Made by a program: the position numbers and the translations under genes. The notes below the pieces were generated by a model. The model was not told where the DNA came from and made no database searches. It worked only from the letters and a program-made list of their open reading frames with translations. A DNA stretch of 64,000 nucleotides from Fistulifera solaris (Eukaryota), in the NCBI GenBank assembly GCA_030295235.1, contig AP026149.1, positions 558,001 to 622,000 of the forward strand. Direction: 5' to 3'. Below are positions 63,102 to 64,000 of this stretch, piece after piece (the first letter of the stretch is position 1; every line of letters starts with the position of its first letter).

Positions 63102-64000
63102 CAATGAAGCATCATTGTATGAAGCTCTGCTACGAGTAGAAATAAGTTCGAGATTTTATAATAGCATTTTGGTTTATTTAGTAACCAGTCTAGATGAAAC
63201 CGGTGGCAATTTAGGTATTTGTTGCATGTGTTGCATTTAATGCCAAGATCGTGGACTGGGAACAACCGAAGGAACGCGTGACTAATAACTGACAGAAGAG
63301 ATCGCGACTAGTCGCGGATCGACATCCTGCCAAAAAGTCCGCCGCGCTTATTTTTCAGTTCTTATCTTTCGCATTGCCCGTCGAGTATACCTGGTATATC
63401 AACAAGCAATAAACCATCAGCAACAAAGCCTATCCTTCCTTGAAAATGTCAAAGAACAGCAGTAGTAGTGGTCCTTTACTGGAACTAATTCTACCAGCCT
63501 TTCGCAAGTAGCAAGTACCCCGCTTTTTTTTAAAGGGAAAAAGTCGGAAACGTACTTGTACGAATTCCTACGTGATCCGATCGATCTAGAAGAATTGAAT
63601 GCCTTCGGAAAAATCAAGTATTTTTGTTGAACAAATTGTGTTGGAATGAAGATCTCGGCGTTGCATTCCGTGTCTTATTAGTTTCATCGTTGTACTAACT
63701 GTGATGGTGTAGCTAGTTCTATCTCCGACTCGATGCTATTTCAGTCACGATGCGCCACAACAGCATAATAGAATATCAGGAAAGATGGCATTTTGACAAC
63801 AACAACAAAAAAAAACATCGTCCGCGGATCTTTTCGTTTCAGTCCATTTCATTGCTGTTGTTTTTATCATTATCGCGAAATTAGTTTGTCTTGAAGTCTT
63901 GTATCAGAATGTCGGAATTAACGGACGGAGAGATGCAAGTCGAAGAAAAACAGACATTGTTAGATCAGGAAGAAGAACCTACATCACGAAAGCGCAAACT

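Overview
Gene-dense eukaryotic nuclear DNA with short GT-AG introns, most likely from a pennate diatom. It carries bipartite plastid presequences, DUF6824 and helicase-associated-domain regulators, and an expanded orphan family that resembles Fistulifera proteins; the taxon is my inference. About 27 protein genes are recognisable, including INTS1, G6PD, a MOV10/SDE3-like helicase, PRODH, a trypsin, a MATE, a SpoU methylase, ctpA, a TruA/Pus1, a papain, a ZIP, SLU7, a Deg protease and IMP4. Many are split by single-base indels in homopolymer runs, most likely long-read assembly errors. The most unusual signals are two long intergenic, non-coding, densely base-paired segments (about 33571-34527 and 57476-58029). 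Both show plus-strand G-U pairs, GNRA loops and long-range closing stems, match no RNA family I can recognise by eye, and share some flanking features. Also notable are a SLU7 whose zinc knuckle appears replaced by a Tudor-like module and a TPR-prefoldin fusion. All pairings were read by eye; no folding or database search was run.
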